From positions 558,001 through 622,000 of the forward strand of contig CP145427.1 in assembly GCA_036867785.1 (NCBI GenBank): 64,000 nucleotides of DNA, given 5' to 3'. Position 1 is the stretch's first letter. Each line of letters starts with the position of its first letter. The notes beneath the pieces are model-generated. The model was not told where the DNA came from. It saw nothing but the letters and a program-made list of their open reading frames with translations, and made no database searches. Below are positions 33,846 to 47,600 of the stretch, one piece after another. Source of the DNA: Plasmodiophora brassicae (taxonomy: Eukaryota). The translations under genes and the position numbers were made by a program.

Positions 33846-34544
33846 ATGGCGGACAGCATGGTCATCGACAAGCTCGACATGTCGCTGGACGACATCAGCG
33901 CGATGAACCGCAAGGAGAAGGCGCCCGCCAAACGGCAGGGGCCACGCCCGAAGTCGTGGTCGGCGCCGCAGCGCGGCGGCGGCAAGGGCGCAGGGCGACG
34001 CGGCCCGCCCGCCCGGATCGCCGTCACCGTGCGACAGACGCCCGCGGAAGGCCCGCGCCGACATGCGCGGAACGAACCGCGACCCAGTGCCGACGATGAC
34101 TGGGCCCACGACAAGTTCTACGAGCAGTATCCGGCGGATCGGTCCGCGAAATCGGGCTCCGGCAGGTTCATTGCGAAGTCGCTGTCGCTGACGACGACGG
34201 GCGTCGTCACCGTGTCGAACATCCCGTGGCAGGTCGAGGTCAGCGACCTCGACGAGCAGTTCCGTGCCTTCCCGGACTACGACAAGTCGGAGATCGTCTA
34301 CGACCGGTCCGGGCGGGCGACCGGCGCCGCCCTGATCCGGTTCCACAAGAAGGCGTCCGCCAGGAAGTTCGTCGACAAGTACAACGGCGTCAAGCTCGAC
34401 GGCCAGGTCATGACCATCGTGGAAGGCGACGACAGCGCCGCCTACTCCGGGGAAGACGCGCGCCCGCGCCCCGTCAAGGTCGCCCGCGGCCGGGGACCCT
34501 CCAAGTTCCGCCCGCGAACCGTCGTCCGCGTCGACGGCGAGTAG
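33846..34544 (+). CDS. ALYREF: ALYREF/THOC4/Yra1-like RRM mRNA export adaptor
   Basis: N-terminal DKLDMSLDDI motif, W.HD motif, RRM (VSNIPWQV...YDRSGRATGAA...KYNGVKLDG); the 3' end could be spliced further. Confidence 0.85.
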   Translation: MADSMVIDKLDMSLDDISAMNRKEKAPAKRQGPRPKSWSAPQRGGGKGAGRRGPPARIAVTVRQTPAEGPRRHARNEPRPSADDDWAHDKFYEQYPADRSAKSGSGRFIAKSLSLTTTGVVTVSNIPWQVEVSDLDEQFRAFPDYDKSEIVYDRSGRATGAALIRFHKKASARKFVDKYNGVKLDGQVMTIVEGDDSAAYSGEDARPRPVKVARGRGPSKFRPRTVVRVDGE

Positions 34545-34862
34545 TCAGTCGTCCAGGTCAGCGCCGGCGACCCAGGGCCCGCGCATTCGACCAGCCGCCG
34601 TCCGGCGCCGTCGCGGCGGCCGCCCCCCCCAACCATTATCGTCATCGTTAAACGACACGTAGCGTCCGGGTTCCCAATGTGCGCGCTCCGGACGGACACG
34701 CGCGCCGTGCCGGTTCCGTTCGCGCGAATCATTCGTCGAAACGGTGCCGCGTGCCGCGTTTGCGTTCCAACCCGGCAGAAGGGCGCGCCAAAGTCGAAGC
34801 GGTGGCAACGTTTCATCGGGCATTTGCGTTTGTCGCCCCACCCGTCCGGTACCGGTTTGGCG

Positions 34863-36797
<1,935 letters not shown>

Positions 36798-36853
36798 GGC
36801 CCCGCGGCCGCCGTCACGTTTCTATACAGGACACAGCGGACAGCAATGCCATG

Positions 36854-37812
36854 CTATTGAATGGACGGGTTGTTGAACAGGATCTCGGCGCACCCGTACG
36901 TGGCGACGCCCTGCAGGAAGATGCCGGTGGCGACGGCGTGCGCGACGACGATCAGCCGGTCCTGCGTCCTGAGCAGCGACATGTAGACCCAGGCGCAGTA
37001 CCAGTGGTGCAGGTGGACGCCCTTGGGGAGCAGGCCCCACAGCGTCGCGTGGAACAGGAGCACGAACAGCAAGGCGGCGCAGTACGTGCGCCCGTACGAC
37101 GTCGAGTACTGGAACGCCAGGTACGCCTGGTAGGCGAGCGTGGCCAGGACGAGGACGGCGCCCGCCGAGTAGCCGAGCACGGTGGCGATGGACCAGTGGG
37201 CGATCGAGTCCGCCGACAGCGACGCGTGGAAGAAGGGCAGCTCGCCGAGCAGGGTGAACCCGGCGGCCGACGAGAACATCAACGACAGGTACGCGGTCGT
37301 CAGGACGTGCACCAGCGCGATGGTGCCCAGCAGGTACGACGTCGACGAGCAGTGCGTCAGCACTAACGGGAACGCGGGTTAGGGCGGCGGGCGGCGGGCG
37401 TTATCAGTGGGCGGGCGCCCCGCTTACGCAGGTAGTTGTTCATCGTGTCGGCGGGTCGGAACGCGTTCTGGTCGCGGGGCAGGCCGGTCTGGACGACGGC
37501 CAGGCGGATGATCAGGTGGCACAGGCACATCAGCGTGACGTAGGCGACGAGCTCCGCCCAGTTCGACGGGATGCTCTCCAGCATCAACCGTTTGAACGTG
37601 CGCTTCCGTCTCCGACGCGGGCCCGCTCCGGCGCCCGGGCTGCGCCGTCGCCGCCGCGCCGCCAGCGGCATCGCCACGACCGTCGCGTCCAGCGGCGGCG
37701 TCGGGCTGCCAACGTCGTCATCGTCGCCGCCCGACAGCAGCGGCTCCCGCATGACGTCCGGGCCCGGCGCCGCATCGTAGCGCGGCGAGACGGCCTCGGC
37801 GAACGCGTTCAT
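36854..37812 (-). CDS. Multi-pass membrane protein of unknown function, at least 1 intron
   Basis: Two codon-biased hydrophobic ORFs joined by an intron near 37365-37426; VHLHHWY motif. Confidence 0.65.
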
Positions 37813-38340
37813 CAATCCGCGTACGTGCCGGCCGGCGCGCAGTTCCCCGTTCGACGTCCTCCGACACCCTGCCCGGGGGGAGGGCAGCCCGCGCCCTGTG
37901 TCCTATGTGGGACCCGCAGCACGGCGGCACTCAGCGGACACGGGGACACGTTCCCGTCCGCCGGTGATTCGCCCAGTCTCGGCTAGACTGTAAACCATGT
38001 TGGCCCGGTGCGCTCAGGTACCTGTCCCTAAGAATAGATGCACATCGAACGAGCACAATCAGTCGGCGCCCTTCACTCCGTCGCGCTGGTCGCGAACATC
38101 TACAACCACATGACGCGAGTCGTATGTCGGCGGACTCATAGTATCGGCGAGCGCGCGCGATCGTCGACGGTGTTGCTGTATTGATTCATCGACGCGATAC
38201 ATACCCGATGCCAGGGGCGGACGCGGGGCGCCGTGGCTGTGTCCGCCCTCCATTTTTGTGTTGCGGGCGAGAGGCGGTCAGTTAGTGCGCGCGCGGTCCC
38301 AGTTCCGGGTCGCGGTCGGCAGAGCGAGCGCGGTGTGCTG

Positions 38341-39382
38341 ATGGTCGGTGCGCGACGCCCCATGCCGAGGACGTTTGGCTGACCCGGTGGCCGCTGTGTG
38401 TGTGTGTGTGTGTGTAGGCGACCGAGGAGGTCGTGTTCGAGAGCGGCCATGACGACCTGATACACGACGCCCAGCTCGACTACTTTGGCAGCACGCTGGC
38501 CACCGCGTCCGCCGACCGGTCCATCAAGATCTTTGACGTCTCCGGCAAACAGCACGCCCATGTCGCCGACCTCAAAGGGTTCGTACCGTGCGGCGTGTGC
38601 ACCCGCCGCCTTCGTCGCTCTCTCCGTGCGCGTACGCGCCCCTAACCATGCCCATTAGGCACGATGGCCCGGTCTGGTCGGTGGCGTGGTCGCACCCGCA
38701 GTTCGAATCGCTGCTGGCGTCGTGCTCGTACGACGGCCGCGTGATCATCTGGAAGAACGAGGGCGGCGCGTCGTGGCCGCGCGTCCACACGAGCGACTCG
38801 GCGCAGTCGTCGGTGAACAGCGTCGCCTGGGGGCCGCCCGAGCACGGCCTGCAGCTGCTGGCCTGCTCCAGCGACAACTTTGTCAGCGTGTACACGTACG
38901 CGGACGGCGCCTGGAAGGAGGCGCGCTTCTCGGCGCACCTGGGCGGCGTCAACGCCGGGTCCTGGGCGCCCGCCGGCCCGCTGCGCTTCGTCACGGGCGG
39001 CAACGACAACCAGCTGCGCATGTGGCAGCGGCAGGGCGAGCAGTGGGTCGAGGCCAGGGGCATCTTCGGCGACGACCCGCACCATCGCGACTGGGTGCGC
39101 GACGTCGCCTGGGCGCCCAGCGTCGGCCTGCCCTCGAACCTGATCGCCAGCTGCAGCGAGGACCAGACGGTGGCGATCTGGGTCGAGGACCCGCAGACGG
39201 GCGCCTGGCGCAAGGCGAAGACGCTGCAGTTCGAGCACAAGGTCTGGCGCGTCAGCTGGAGCGTCATGGGCAACATCCTGGCCGTCAGCCAAGGCGACAA
39301 CAAGGTCAGCCTGTGGAAGGAGGACCTCGACGGCAACTGGAACGAGCTCACCACCGTCGACAGCCAGAACCAGCAGTCATAA
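38341..39382 (+). CDS. SEC13: SEC13 WD40 protein (COPII/nucleoporin)
   Basis: HDDLIHDAQLDYFG, HDGPVWSVAWSHP, HRDWVRDVAWAP and VWRVSWSVMGNILAVS; intron directly after the ATG. Confidence 0.95.
38395..38415 (+). repeat. (TG)n microsatellite at the 3' end of SEC13 intron 1
   Basis: Directly visible, immediately before the AG acceptor. Confidence 0.85.
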
Positions 39383-39664
39383 TGGGCAGGCGCGCCACCC
39401 CCCACCACCCTACGCCACCGCCATCATACAATCATCCGTCTCCTGTATCTTGGTTCGTCTGGTCGGCGGATAGGTACATAGGCGTCGGGGAGCGCGCGCA
39501 CCGACACATCGTTCCTAGAACACGTTCTAAAAACAAACAGCGCGCAACTGCTGTGCAACGGTCGGCTAAGAATAGCACGGGGCGGCGCCCTGCTGCTGCA
39601 TCGGCATTCGGCCGCGGTAGCTCGCTCGTTCGCCTCCATTCGCGTGTTGCAGCACATTAGCGGG

Positions 39665-40465
39665 ATGGACGACCCGCCGTGCAAGGCGCCCGTGTTCGGT
39701 GACCGCGTCCCCGCGCCTCGGCGACGCCGGTCGGCGGCGCGCGTCACCCGCGTTGTCGTGGCGATCGCCCTGGTCTGGGCCGCCATTGTCACGGGCATCG
39801 CTCTGTACCTGTACTGGCCCGCGCCCGTGGCCCCCGTCACGTCGTCGTCGACGTCGACCGCCATGCCGCCGCGTGCCCAGCAGCAGCAGTCGTCGCCCGT
39901 CGCCCCGCGACGTAGTCAGGTGTTTGCGGCGGCCGCTGTGGTTGCGGTGGCCGGCGGCGCCGCAGCGCTCACCGTCCGGCACCTGGCCGCCAAGCGCGCG
40001 TCTGCTGCGCGCCGTGCGCGATCGCGCTGGTGGCCATGGCGACAACGCAGCAGCACCACCACGACACCAACCACGTCCCGATTCGATCCAGCCTCGTACT
40101 GGTTGCCGTCAGCGACGTCGTCGTCGAGCCGGTCGGACACGTCGTGGACGTTGCACCCGAATCCGTCGCCATCGTCACCGTCGTCGAGCTGGCCGGAACC
40201 GTTGTGGACGTCGAAGCCGTCGCCATCGTCACCGTCGTCGAGCTGGCCGGAACCGTTGTGGACGTCGAAGCCGTCGCCGTCGTCACAGTCGTCGAGCTGG
40301 CCGGAACCGTCGTGGACGCCGAACCCGTCGCCATCGTCGCCGTCGTCGAACTGGCCGGAGACGTTGCCCTCGGGGTTGTCGTCATCGTCGAGCCGGTCGA
40401 GAACGCCGCCGACATCGTCGAAACGGTCGACACCTCGTCGTTCCTATTCATACAACACGGTCTAA
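39665..40465 (+). CDS. Small two-TM protein with Ser/Pro/Trp repeats
   Basis: TM VVVAIALVWAAIVTGIALYLY, a second hydrophobic segment and C-terminal 18-aa repeats. Confidence 0.6.
   Translation: MDDPPCKAPVFGDRVPAPRRRRSAARVTRVVVAIALVWAAIVTGIALYLYWPAPVAPVTSSSTSTAMPPRAQQQQSSPVAPRRSQVFAAAAVVAVAGGAAALTVRHLAAKRASAARRARSRWWPWRQRSSTTTTPTTSRFDPASYWLPSATSSSSRSDTSWTLHPNPSPSSPSSSWPEPLWTSKPSPSSPSSSWPEPLWTSKPSPSSQSSSWPEPSWTPNPSPSSPSSNWPETLPSGLSSSSSRSRTPPTSSKRSTPRRSYSYNTV
40163..40358 (+). repeat. 54-bp coding minisatellite, ~3.6 copies (PSPSSPSSSWPEPLWTSK)
   Basis: Units start at 40163, 40217, 40271 and 40325. Confidence 0.9.
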
Positions 40466-40472
40466 AACCGGG

Positions 40473-40870
40473 ATGGACGAACCGCGCAAGGCGCCCGTGT
40501 CTGGTACCGGTTCCCCCAGGTGTTGGTGACGCTGGCCGGCGCGCATCGCGTACGTTGTCGTGCCGATCGCCCTAGCCTGGGCCGCCATTGTCACGGGCAT
40601 CGCTCTGTACCTGTACCGGCCCGCGCCCGTGCCCCCCGTCACGTCGTCGTCGACGTCGACCGCCATGCCGCCGCGTGCCCAGCAGACGTCGTCCGTCGCC
40701 GCGCGGCGTCGTCAGGTGATCGCGGCCGCCACTGTGGCTGCGGTGGCCGGTGGCGCCGCAGCGATCGCCATCGGGCACCTGGCCGCCAAGCGCTCATCTG
40801 CGCGCAACGCACCGTCGTCCTGGTGGGCGCGACGCCGCATCACGACACCAATCACGATCCGGTTCGACCT
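40473..40870 (+). pseudogene. Tandem duplicate of 39665-40090 with an early frame break
   Basis: MDEPRKAPV...CW* followed by IALAWAAIVTGIALYLY in another frame; near-identical DNA. Confidence 0.6.
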
Positions 40871-41253
40871 ACGAAGCCCGACATCGCACGCGTTCCAGCC
40901 CGCCGGCGCCGGCCTTTGCCGGATTCGTCGCGTGCCGCATCCCGAACGCTGGACCGCAGCACAGGTTCGCGGGACGGGCGCGCACGCCCCCCAAGGTGCT
41001 CCCTGTGCTGCCGGCAAACTTCGCCAGAGAGAGAGAGGGAGTGACCGGCATACATCCTCAGGCGATCATGGCCAGGCGGGATGCTAAAACAGGCGTCCCC
41101 GTCGAGGGGGGTCCGAAGATAGCACCAGGACCAGTCGGGACTCGCGCGCGAACGTTGTGTGTCGGGGTCGCACACGCGCAGCACCGCACAGCGCGTTCGC
41201 GTCCGTCGCGACAGGCCGTCATCATCATCATCACCATTATCGGTCCGGTGCGG

Positions 41254-42225
41254 ATGCGCGCCGCCGAGCGGCCCGCGCCCCTGTCCGCCGTGTTCGTCGT
41301 CGTGCCCATGGCGCTGGCCATTGCCTTCACGATCGCCACCGTGCACCTGTTCGCGCCCGCGCCCCGCCCCGTCGCCGCGCCACACGGCCAGGCGTGCGCC
41401 TGCGGGACGACGACGACGACGACGACGGCGCCGACGGCAGCGGGCGCGTCGCGCCTCTACCGCTCCGTCGTCGCGCTGGCGGCGGCCTCGTTCCTAGTCA
41501 ACGCGGCCGACCTGGCCCAGCGGCACGTGCCGCCGAGGCGGCGGCGCGCCGTGTCGAAGAAGGCGCCGTCCCGAGCGACCCGGCTGACCATGGGCGTGGC
41601 GGTCGGCGCCGGCCTGGCCGTCCCGGTCTGGCTGGCGTACCGGGCCCTGCGCCCGCCCTCCGACGACGGCGACGACGGCCGCGACCCGCGTCGCTATTCG
41701 TGGGCCGCCGGCGAGCGTCGCCGACAGCGCGATCGACGGCGGTCGCCGGTCGAACCGCCGTCGACGGGCGGTGGGCGTCGGCTGCGATCTCGTCGGCGCC
41801 CTGGGTGCGACCCGGAACGACCGAAGCAGGAGCAGGTCATCGACGACGGGCAGGCGGCGGCGGCGTCGGCGGCGGTGCTGACGGAGGCGACGGCGCGGCG
41901 CCGGCTGCTGGGCGCGCGCACCGTCGCGGACGCGCTGGCCGTCATGGGCGCGTGCCGCGCGCAGACGCCGACGATCACCTACCTGGCGTGGTACGAGGCG
42001 CACGTCGAGTTCGCCGCCCTGCACAACATGCTGGTCGACTACGTCGGCCTCGGCGACGACCTGCGCCTGACGCCCGCGCTGGTCGGCGAGGCGCGCCGCC
42101 GCGTCGTCAACGTCGTCACCGCCCGGGTCGGCCGGAAGAACAACGGGGCGAGCGTCGAGCGCGACCCCGCCCACGAACTCTTCACCGCCTACGTGGCCAG
42201 GGCGAGGTCGAAGCGCTGGTCATGA
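41254..42225 (+). CDS. Hypothetical membrane protein
   Basis: Three hydrophobic segments, poly-Thr and a codon-biased C-terminus; start uncertain. Confidence 0.5.
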   Translation: MRAAERPAPLSAVFVVVPMALAIAFTIATVHLFAPAPRPVAAPHGQACACGTTTTTTTAPTAAGASRLYRSVVALAAASFLVNAADLAQRHVPPRRRRAVSKKAPSRATRLTMGVAVGAGLAVPVWLAYRALRPPSDDGDDGRDPRRYSWAAGERRRQRDRRRSPVEPPSTGGGRRLRSRRRPGCDPERPKQEQVIDDGQAAAASAAVLTEATARRRLLGARTVADALAVMGACRAQTPTITYLAWYEAHVEFAALHNMLVDYVGLGDDLRLTPALVGEARRRVVNVVTARVGRKNNGASVERDPAHELFTAYVARARSKRWS

Positions 42226-42358
42226 TGGTGGACCGATGCGCACGAGGACCCGTCATGGGCGCGCAGGCGTGCCGCCGAGCTGCGCGCCGCTGCACACACG
42301 CACCCGCCGCCCAGCACGCACCATGCGCCCCCTTTTAATATGATAAACCGGTGACCAG

Positions 42359-42778
42359 CTAGACGGCCAGGTCGTCGTCGTTGTCGTCGAAGGACCAGTC
42401 GTCGAGTTCGACCTCGGCGCGGGGCGGCAGGCGGGTGCGGGCCAGGCGCCGGCGCAGGTCGCTCTCGATGGCGCCCGGCAGCGCCAGGCGCGCCCAGGCG
42501 GCGTTGTCGGCGTCGCGCAGGGCGCCCAGGCGCGTCAGGCCGGCGCGCTGGAACGGGCCCACGTACCGCTCGACGAGGGCGGGCGGGACGCGCATCTCGG
42601 CCAGGGCGCCGGCGACGAACCGGTCGACCTCGCTGCCCAGCTGGGCGATGCCGCCCGGGTCCTGCTGCGCCACCGGGGCGAACCCGGCCGCGCCGGCCCA
42701 CGACGACGACGTGCCGCGCAGGTAGACGACGGCGGAGGCCACGACGGCGAACGAGAACACGCCGAACCACAGCAGGGA

Positions 42779-42810
<32 letters not shown>

Positions 42811-43319
42811 TCCGCGGCACGACGTTGTCGTTCTTGTTGGCGGGGGCCGCCCGGACGGCGTCGTCGTCGAGGGCGGCCGCCTCCGCCCGCGTCGTTTCGT
42901 CCAGGGCGTCGCCGGTGACGTCCGGCAGCGAGGGCGGCGGTGAACCCCCCGTTGCGGCAGCGTCGCGTTTGTCGGGTGCGGCACGGCGGTCGTCGTCGTC
43001 GTCGACGCCGCCGGGGGTGCCCTTCGGCGGCGCGACGGCAGCTGCGGCCGCCGACGTCGTCGCATTGGTGGTGGGCGGCGCGCCGGTCGCAGCGACAACG
43101 GGGCGGGCGTCACGTTTCGCGGCACTGCCGGTGGCGTTCCCGCGCGTGGCGTTGGCCGGGGAGGCGCCCGGCGCCCGCTCGCCGGCATTGGACGGCAGGT
43201 CGGCGCCTGTGGCACGTTGACTGGCGAGCCCGACGCGCAGCGAACGGGCACCGACCTTGGACGACGACGACGGCGGCCAGCAGCATGGCCAGGGCCAGGG
43301 CGACGAGGCGGCGCGTCAT
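42359..43319 (-). CDS. Type I membrane protein with a SAM-like cytoplasmic domain
   Basis: Signal MTRRLVALALAMLLAAVVVVQG, low-complexity stalk, TM LLWFGVFSFAVVASAVVYL, then LVERYVGPFQRAGLTRLGALRDADNAAWARLALPG; needs a short intron or frameshift near 43222-43252. Confidence 0.55.
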
Positions 43320-43616
43320 GCGGGGCCGGCGGGGAGGCGCGCGGCACACAGAGACGCCACGAACAGCAACGCGTTGTCGCTGAGCGCGGCAACTCCGCGG
43401 CGCCCGCCCCGGGTGCCCGACCCGACGCTGACGACGACGCCCCTCCTGGTGCCGGAAACGGTTGCCGCCGCCAGCGCGATGCTGTGGTTGCGTCTGCGAC
43501 GGTACGGGGGAGTGTGTGTGTGCCCGGTGCCCCTCGCCCGGTGAATGCCCACCGTGCGCCTGCTGTAGCCAGGTGCCAGGCCGTCACACACAACACACAA
43601 CACGACGACGACGCCC

Positions 43617-44588
43617 ATGAGCCAGCAGGACCGTCAGCGTCTGTACGACAACGTGGAGGGGGTCGGGGCGTACGACGCCGACCCGTCCATCGGTGAGTGT
43701 GCGCCCGCCCGTCATCCCCCGTTCGCTGACCGCGCCGCAGATCCCGGGTACAGGGTCCTGTTCGAGCGCGAGCTCGCCGTCGAGGTGCGCCACCCGGCGG
43801 CGGGGGCGCAGGGCGGCAAACCGGACGAGACGGGCGGCGCCGGCCAGCTCGAGCTGATCAGCGCCCGCATCTTCATCCAGGTCGGGTGGGCGCGACAGGG
43901 CCGCCGGCCGTTGTTGCTGACGGGGGCGCGCGCGCTTAGGGCAGCGACGACGCGCCCGGCAGCGTCCGCCTGGACCTGACCTGCGAGTCCGACCTGTTCT
44001 TCTACCACCGGTGCACGCTCGACGCCGACAAGTTCGACGACCTGCGCAGCGCCCAGCAGATCGGCGTGGCGTTCACGACGCTGCCCGCCGTCCTGATCAA
44101 GGCCGTCAACGACTGCATCCAGTCGGCCCACGAGCACATCGCCATCCTCGAGGTGCGCGCGCACCGGCACACGCACGGGTGCACAGGCCGCCCACTGACC
44201 CGTACAGGTGCGCCCCGACGGCAACGGCACGCTGCGCTTCCTGCAGAACGTCGCCAACCTGCGCTACGCCGAGCTCGTGTCGCTGCCGATGACCAAGGTC
44301 GCCGAGGGCGTCCTCCGGGACCTCGTCACCTACAGGTCGGTGTGTCGTCGTCGTCGTCGTCGAGTCGGCACCTGCTGACGCGGATGCCCTGATCTCGCAC
44401 AGGTACCATCTCGTCAAGGTCGGTCGGTCGCGCGCGTGTGTGCCCTGCCGTCGTCGGGCGAGTGACGACGGCCACAGGGACGCTTGGCGCAGCAGTGCCA
44501 GCGCGTCGAGCGCGTCATGCAGGTGGTTCGCGCCCGGCACCCGGCCCTGCTCGCCCTGCTGTGCCCCATTGCCGACGACGTGCCCTGA
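43617..44588 (+). CDS. SAS-6 head-domain protein (SAS6-like), multi-exon
   Basis: DPSI...LFERELAVEVR, VRLDLTCESDLFFY and GTLRFLQN...ELVSL motifs; lacks the long coiled coil of canonical SAS-6. Confidence 0.75.
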
Positions 44589-44675
44589 CGCGTCGTCGTC
44601 GATGTCGAACGACAACGTCCCCGATGACGGGCGCACGCACCGGTTTAATAACAGCAACGTCGTCGAACGGCAGCG

Positions 44676-47600
44676 TCATGGGCAGTGGACTGTGATGGCC
44701 GACGTGGACCTGGCGACGAGCGCGCCGCCGGCCCCCGTATTGCCCAGGTCGTCGACGGTGACGTTGAGCCAGTCGCTGATGACGAGGCCGGGCGTCGTGC
44801 ACGCCGCCCCGTACAGCAGGCTCGTGTTCGTCAGCGCCAGGTTCGCCATCGTCCTGCTCGCGTAGAACGCCAGGTCGGCGTCGGCCAGCCCGTCGCCGAC
44901 GACGAACGACAACCCGGCCCGGTCCAGCAGCGACACGACGCCCTGGACGCACGACCATCAGGCGGCGCCAGGCGCGCGCGCGCACACGCACCCACCTTGC
45001 CGACCGCGACCCGGACGAGCATCAGCGCGCCGAACGTCTCGTCGAGGTCGGCGTCGCTGACGACGATGGGCGACGCCAGTGGCCACCCGGCGTAGTACCC
45101 TGCGGGTATCAGTCAGCGGGAGCGTGGCACAGACGGGCGACGACGACGCGCGCTGACCGGCGCCCAGCTGTGCCGGCAGGCCTCCGACAACGCGCAGGCC
45201 CTGGGCGGGCGCCGCGATCGTCGGCGCGTCGTTCACGGCCGTGATGTTGACGGCCACGTCCGCCGTCGTCACCAGCGCCTGCCCAGCGTTCGTCGTCAGG
45301 CGCGCGCGCTGACGACGCGATCGGCAACTCGACCTACCCCGCCCTGGTAGACGCTGATGGACAGCATCGCGGCCTGCAGGCCGTTCAGGCGAGCCGGGGG
45401 CGTCACGCGCAGGGCCCCGCTCGACAGGCAGGCGGACAGGACGTCGCAGGACGGCGCCAGCACCTGCCACCGGGTCGTCGTGCTCCCCGACGTGTTGTAC
45501 GCCCCGGCGCAGGACAAGGCGCCGCTCAGCGTCGCCCCGGGGACGCCGACGGCGACGACAACGGTGACGTTGCCCGCCGGGCACGACGTGATGTTGATCG
45601 GCGCGATCGCAGGGCTCGTCGCGGCGCCCTCCTGCATCGTCGTCGTGAACGGCACCCGGATCTGGGGCGTGGGTCGCGTCACGCCCGCCGCGTTCGCCAG
45701 CGGGCTGGCGACGACGTTGACCCGGATGTAGGTCGTGGCGGGCGCCGCCGTCCCGACGCTGTCGAACACGCTGACGGTGATGTTCGCCACGCCCGCCGCC
45801 GTACCCACCGTCGTCACGTACTCGAACGACGCCCAGAACGACTGTGCACCACGACCACCAGGCGCGTCAGATCGGGCACAGAGCGCGTCGTCGTCGTACC
45901 GAGAGCAACGCTGGGGCGACGTAGTACGTCGCGGCCGGAGCGAACCCGCCGGCCGTGAACCGCACCGACCCGAACGACGGCGCCACGACGATCGGGACGA
46001 CGACGTCGGGGACGCGGGCCCAGTCCGGGTCGGCGCATGACACGCCCGTCACGTTCAGGACGGCGCCGGCCACGACCGTGAAGTTCGTCGTCGTCGTCGT
46101 CACGTTCGGGCGCGACGCGACCGGCGACACTGTGGGTGGCACGCGTCAGAACCGGACGACGGTGGGCGCCGCCGGCCGTACCGATGATGTCGAACGTGGC
46201 CGACGCCTGGCTCAGCGGGGCCTTGGCCGTGATCGTCACCTGATCTGCGCGCGTCGCGTCACCATCAGCACGAGGCGCGCGGGGGGCGACAGGCGGGCGA
46301 CGCTCCACCTGTCCCGTAGAACGCGGGCGACGGCGTGTACGTGAACGCGTTCGTCAGCGCCAGCAGGCGTGCCAGCACGGACGCGTTCGTCGGGAAGGCG
46401 CCGGTGAACGGCGACCCGGCCAGCCAGGTGTAATTCGCGTTCGGCGTCAGGGACCCGTGCGCCGCCGATACGGTGCACTGGGGCAACGCGCGCGTCAGGC
46501 ACGAACGAGCGCGTGTGCAACACGAGCGCGCGTACGCACCTGGCTGGTGACCGCGTCGACGTCGTGCAGGGTGACCTGGCCGACAGCCACGCCCGTCGCC
46601 TGCGTCGTCGCGTACGCGTACGCCGCCTGCGTCATCGTGAGCGGGTCGACGACGGCGGTGACGTTGACGGTGAGGTTGCGGGCGGCGGCCGTGCCCAGGT
46701 GGACGGCGACGATGTCGACACCGCTCCAGTTCGGGTCGGGCACGTACGTGATCTCGCCGGCGGCGTACGCCAGCGCCCGCAGCGGGCCGGCGACGCGCAC
46801 CAGGCGGGCGCCGTTCGACACGACCTGCAGGCCGCCCGTCCCGTTCAACGTGACGGCGCCGTGCCCCGCGCTGATGTTCATCTGCATCATCGTCGCCTCG
46901 TCGTCGTCGACGTCCGTCAGGTTGATGCCGGTGATCACCAGCGGGACGTCCTCGGTCGTCGTCACCGACGCGTACGGCAGCGTCACGACCGGCGCGTGGT
47001 CGACGGGCGCGATCACGACCTTGCCGACGTAGGTGGCCGGGTGCGCCCCGTTCGGCAACGCGATCTCTGGGAGGGGACCACGTCGGTCAGCGCCCGCGAA
47101 CACCCTACGCCTCCTCGTCCCACGTACGAATCATGACGTAGTCGTCGGACGTCGAGTGCACCGCCGGCGTGTACACGAGCGCTCGCAGCGCCGCCTGGAT
47201 CGCCGACGTGTTCGCCGACGGTGCTGTCGTCGTCCGTCAGCGGGCACGGCAACGAGCGGCAGGACGCACGACGCGCCTACCGATCGTGTTGGACAGGGCG
47301 CCGGCCCGGGCCGTCACCGTACAGGTCAGCACCGTGCTGGCGTTCTCGTTCGCCTGCCGGGCGACCGTGACGTTCGGGAAGACGAACGCGGGGCGGTCCT
47401 CGACGACGGCGATGACGTCGGGCAGGCCGCCGATGACGACGGCGTTCGGGACGGCCCGGACGGTGATCGGGCAGGTCACCGAGCTGGTCGGCGTCCCCGT
47501 CGTCGTGTCGTTGACGGTGACCCGCAGCGCGTCCGCCCCGTTGTAGAACGGCGGCGGCGTGTACGTCAGCGCCAGCGACGACAGCGCCGACAGGTGCAGC

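Noticed and set aside
40163-40358. Regular repeats as a possible CRISPR array
   Set aside because: Contiguous in-frame coding repeats with no unique spacers, no cas genes and a eukaryotic context
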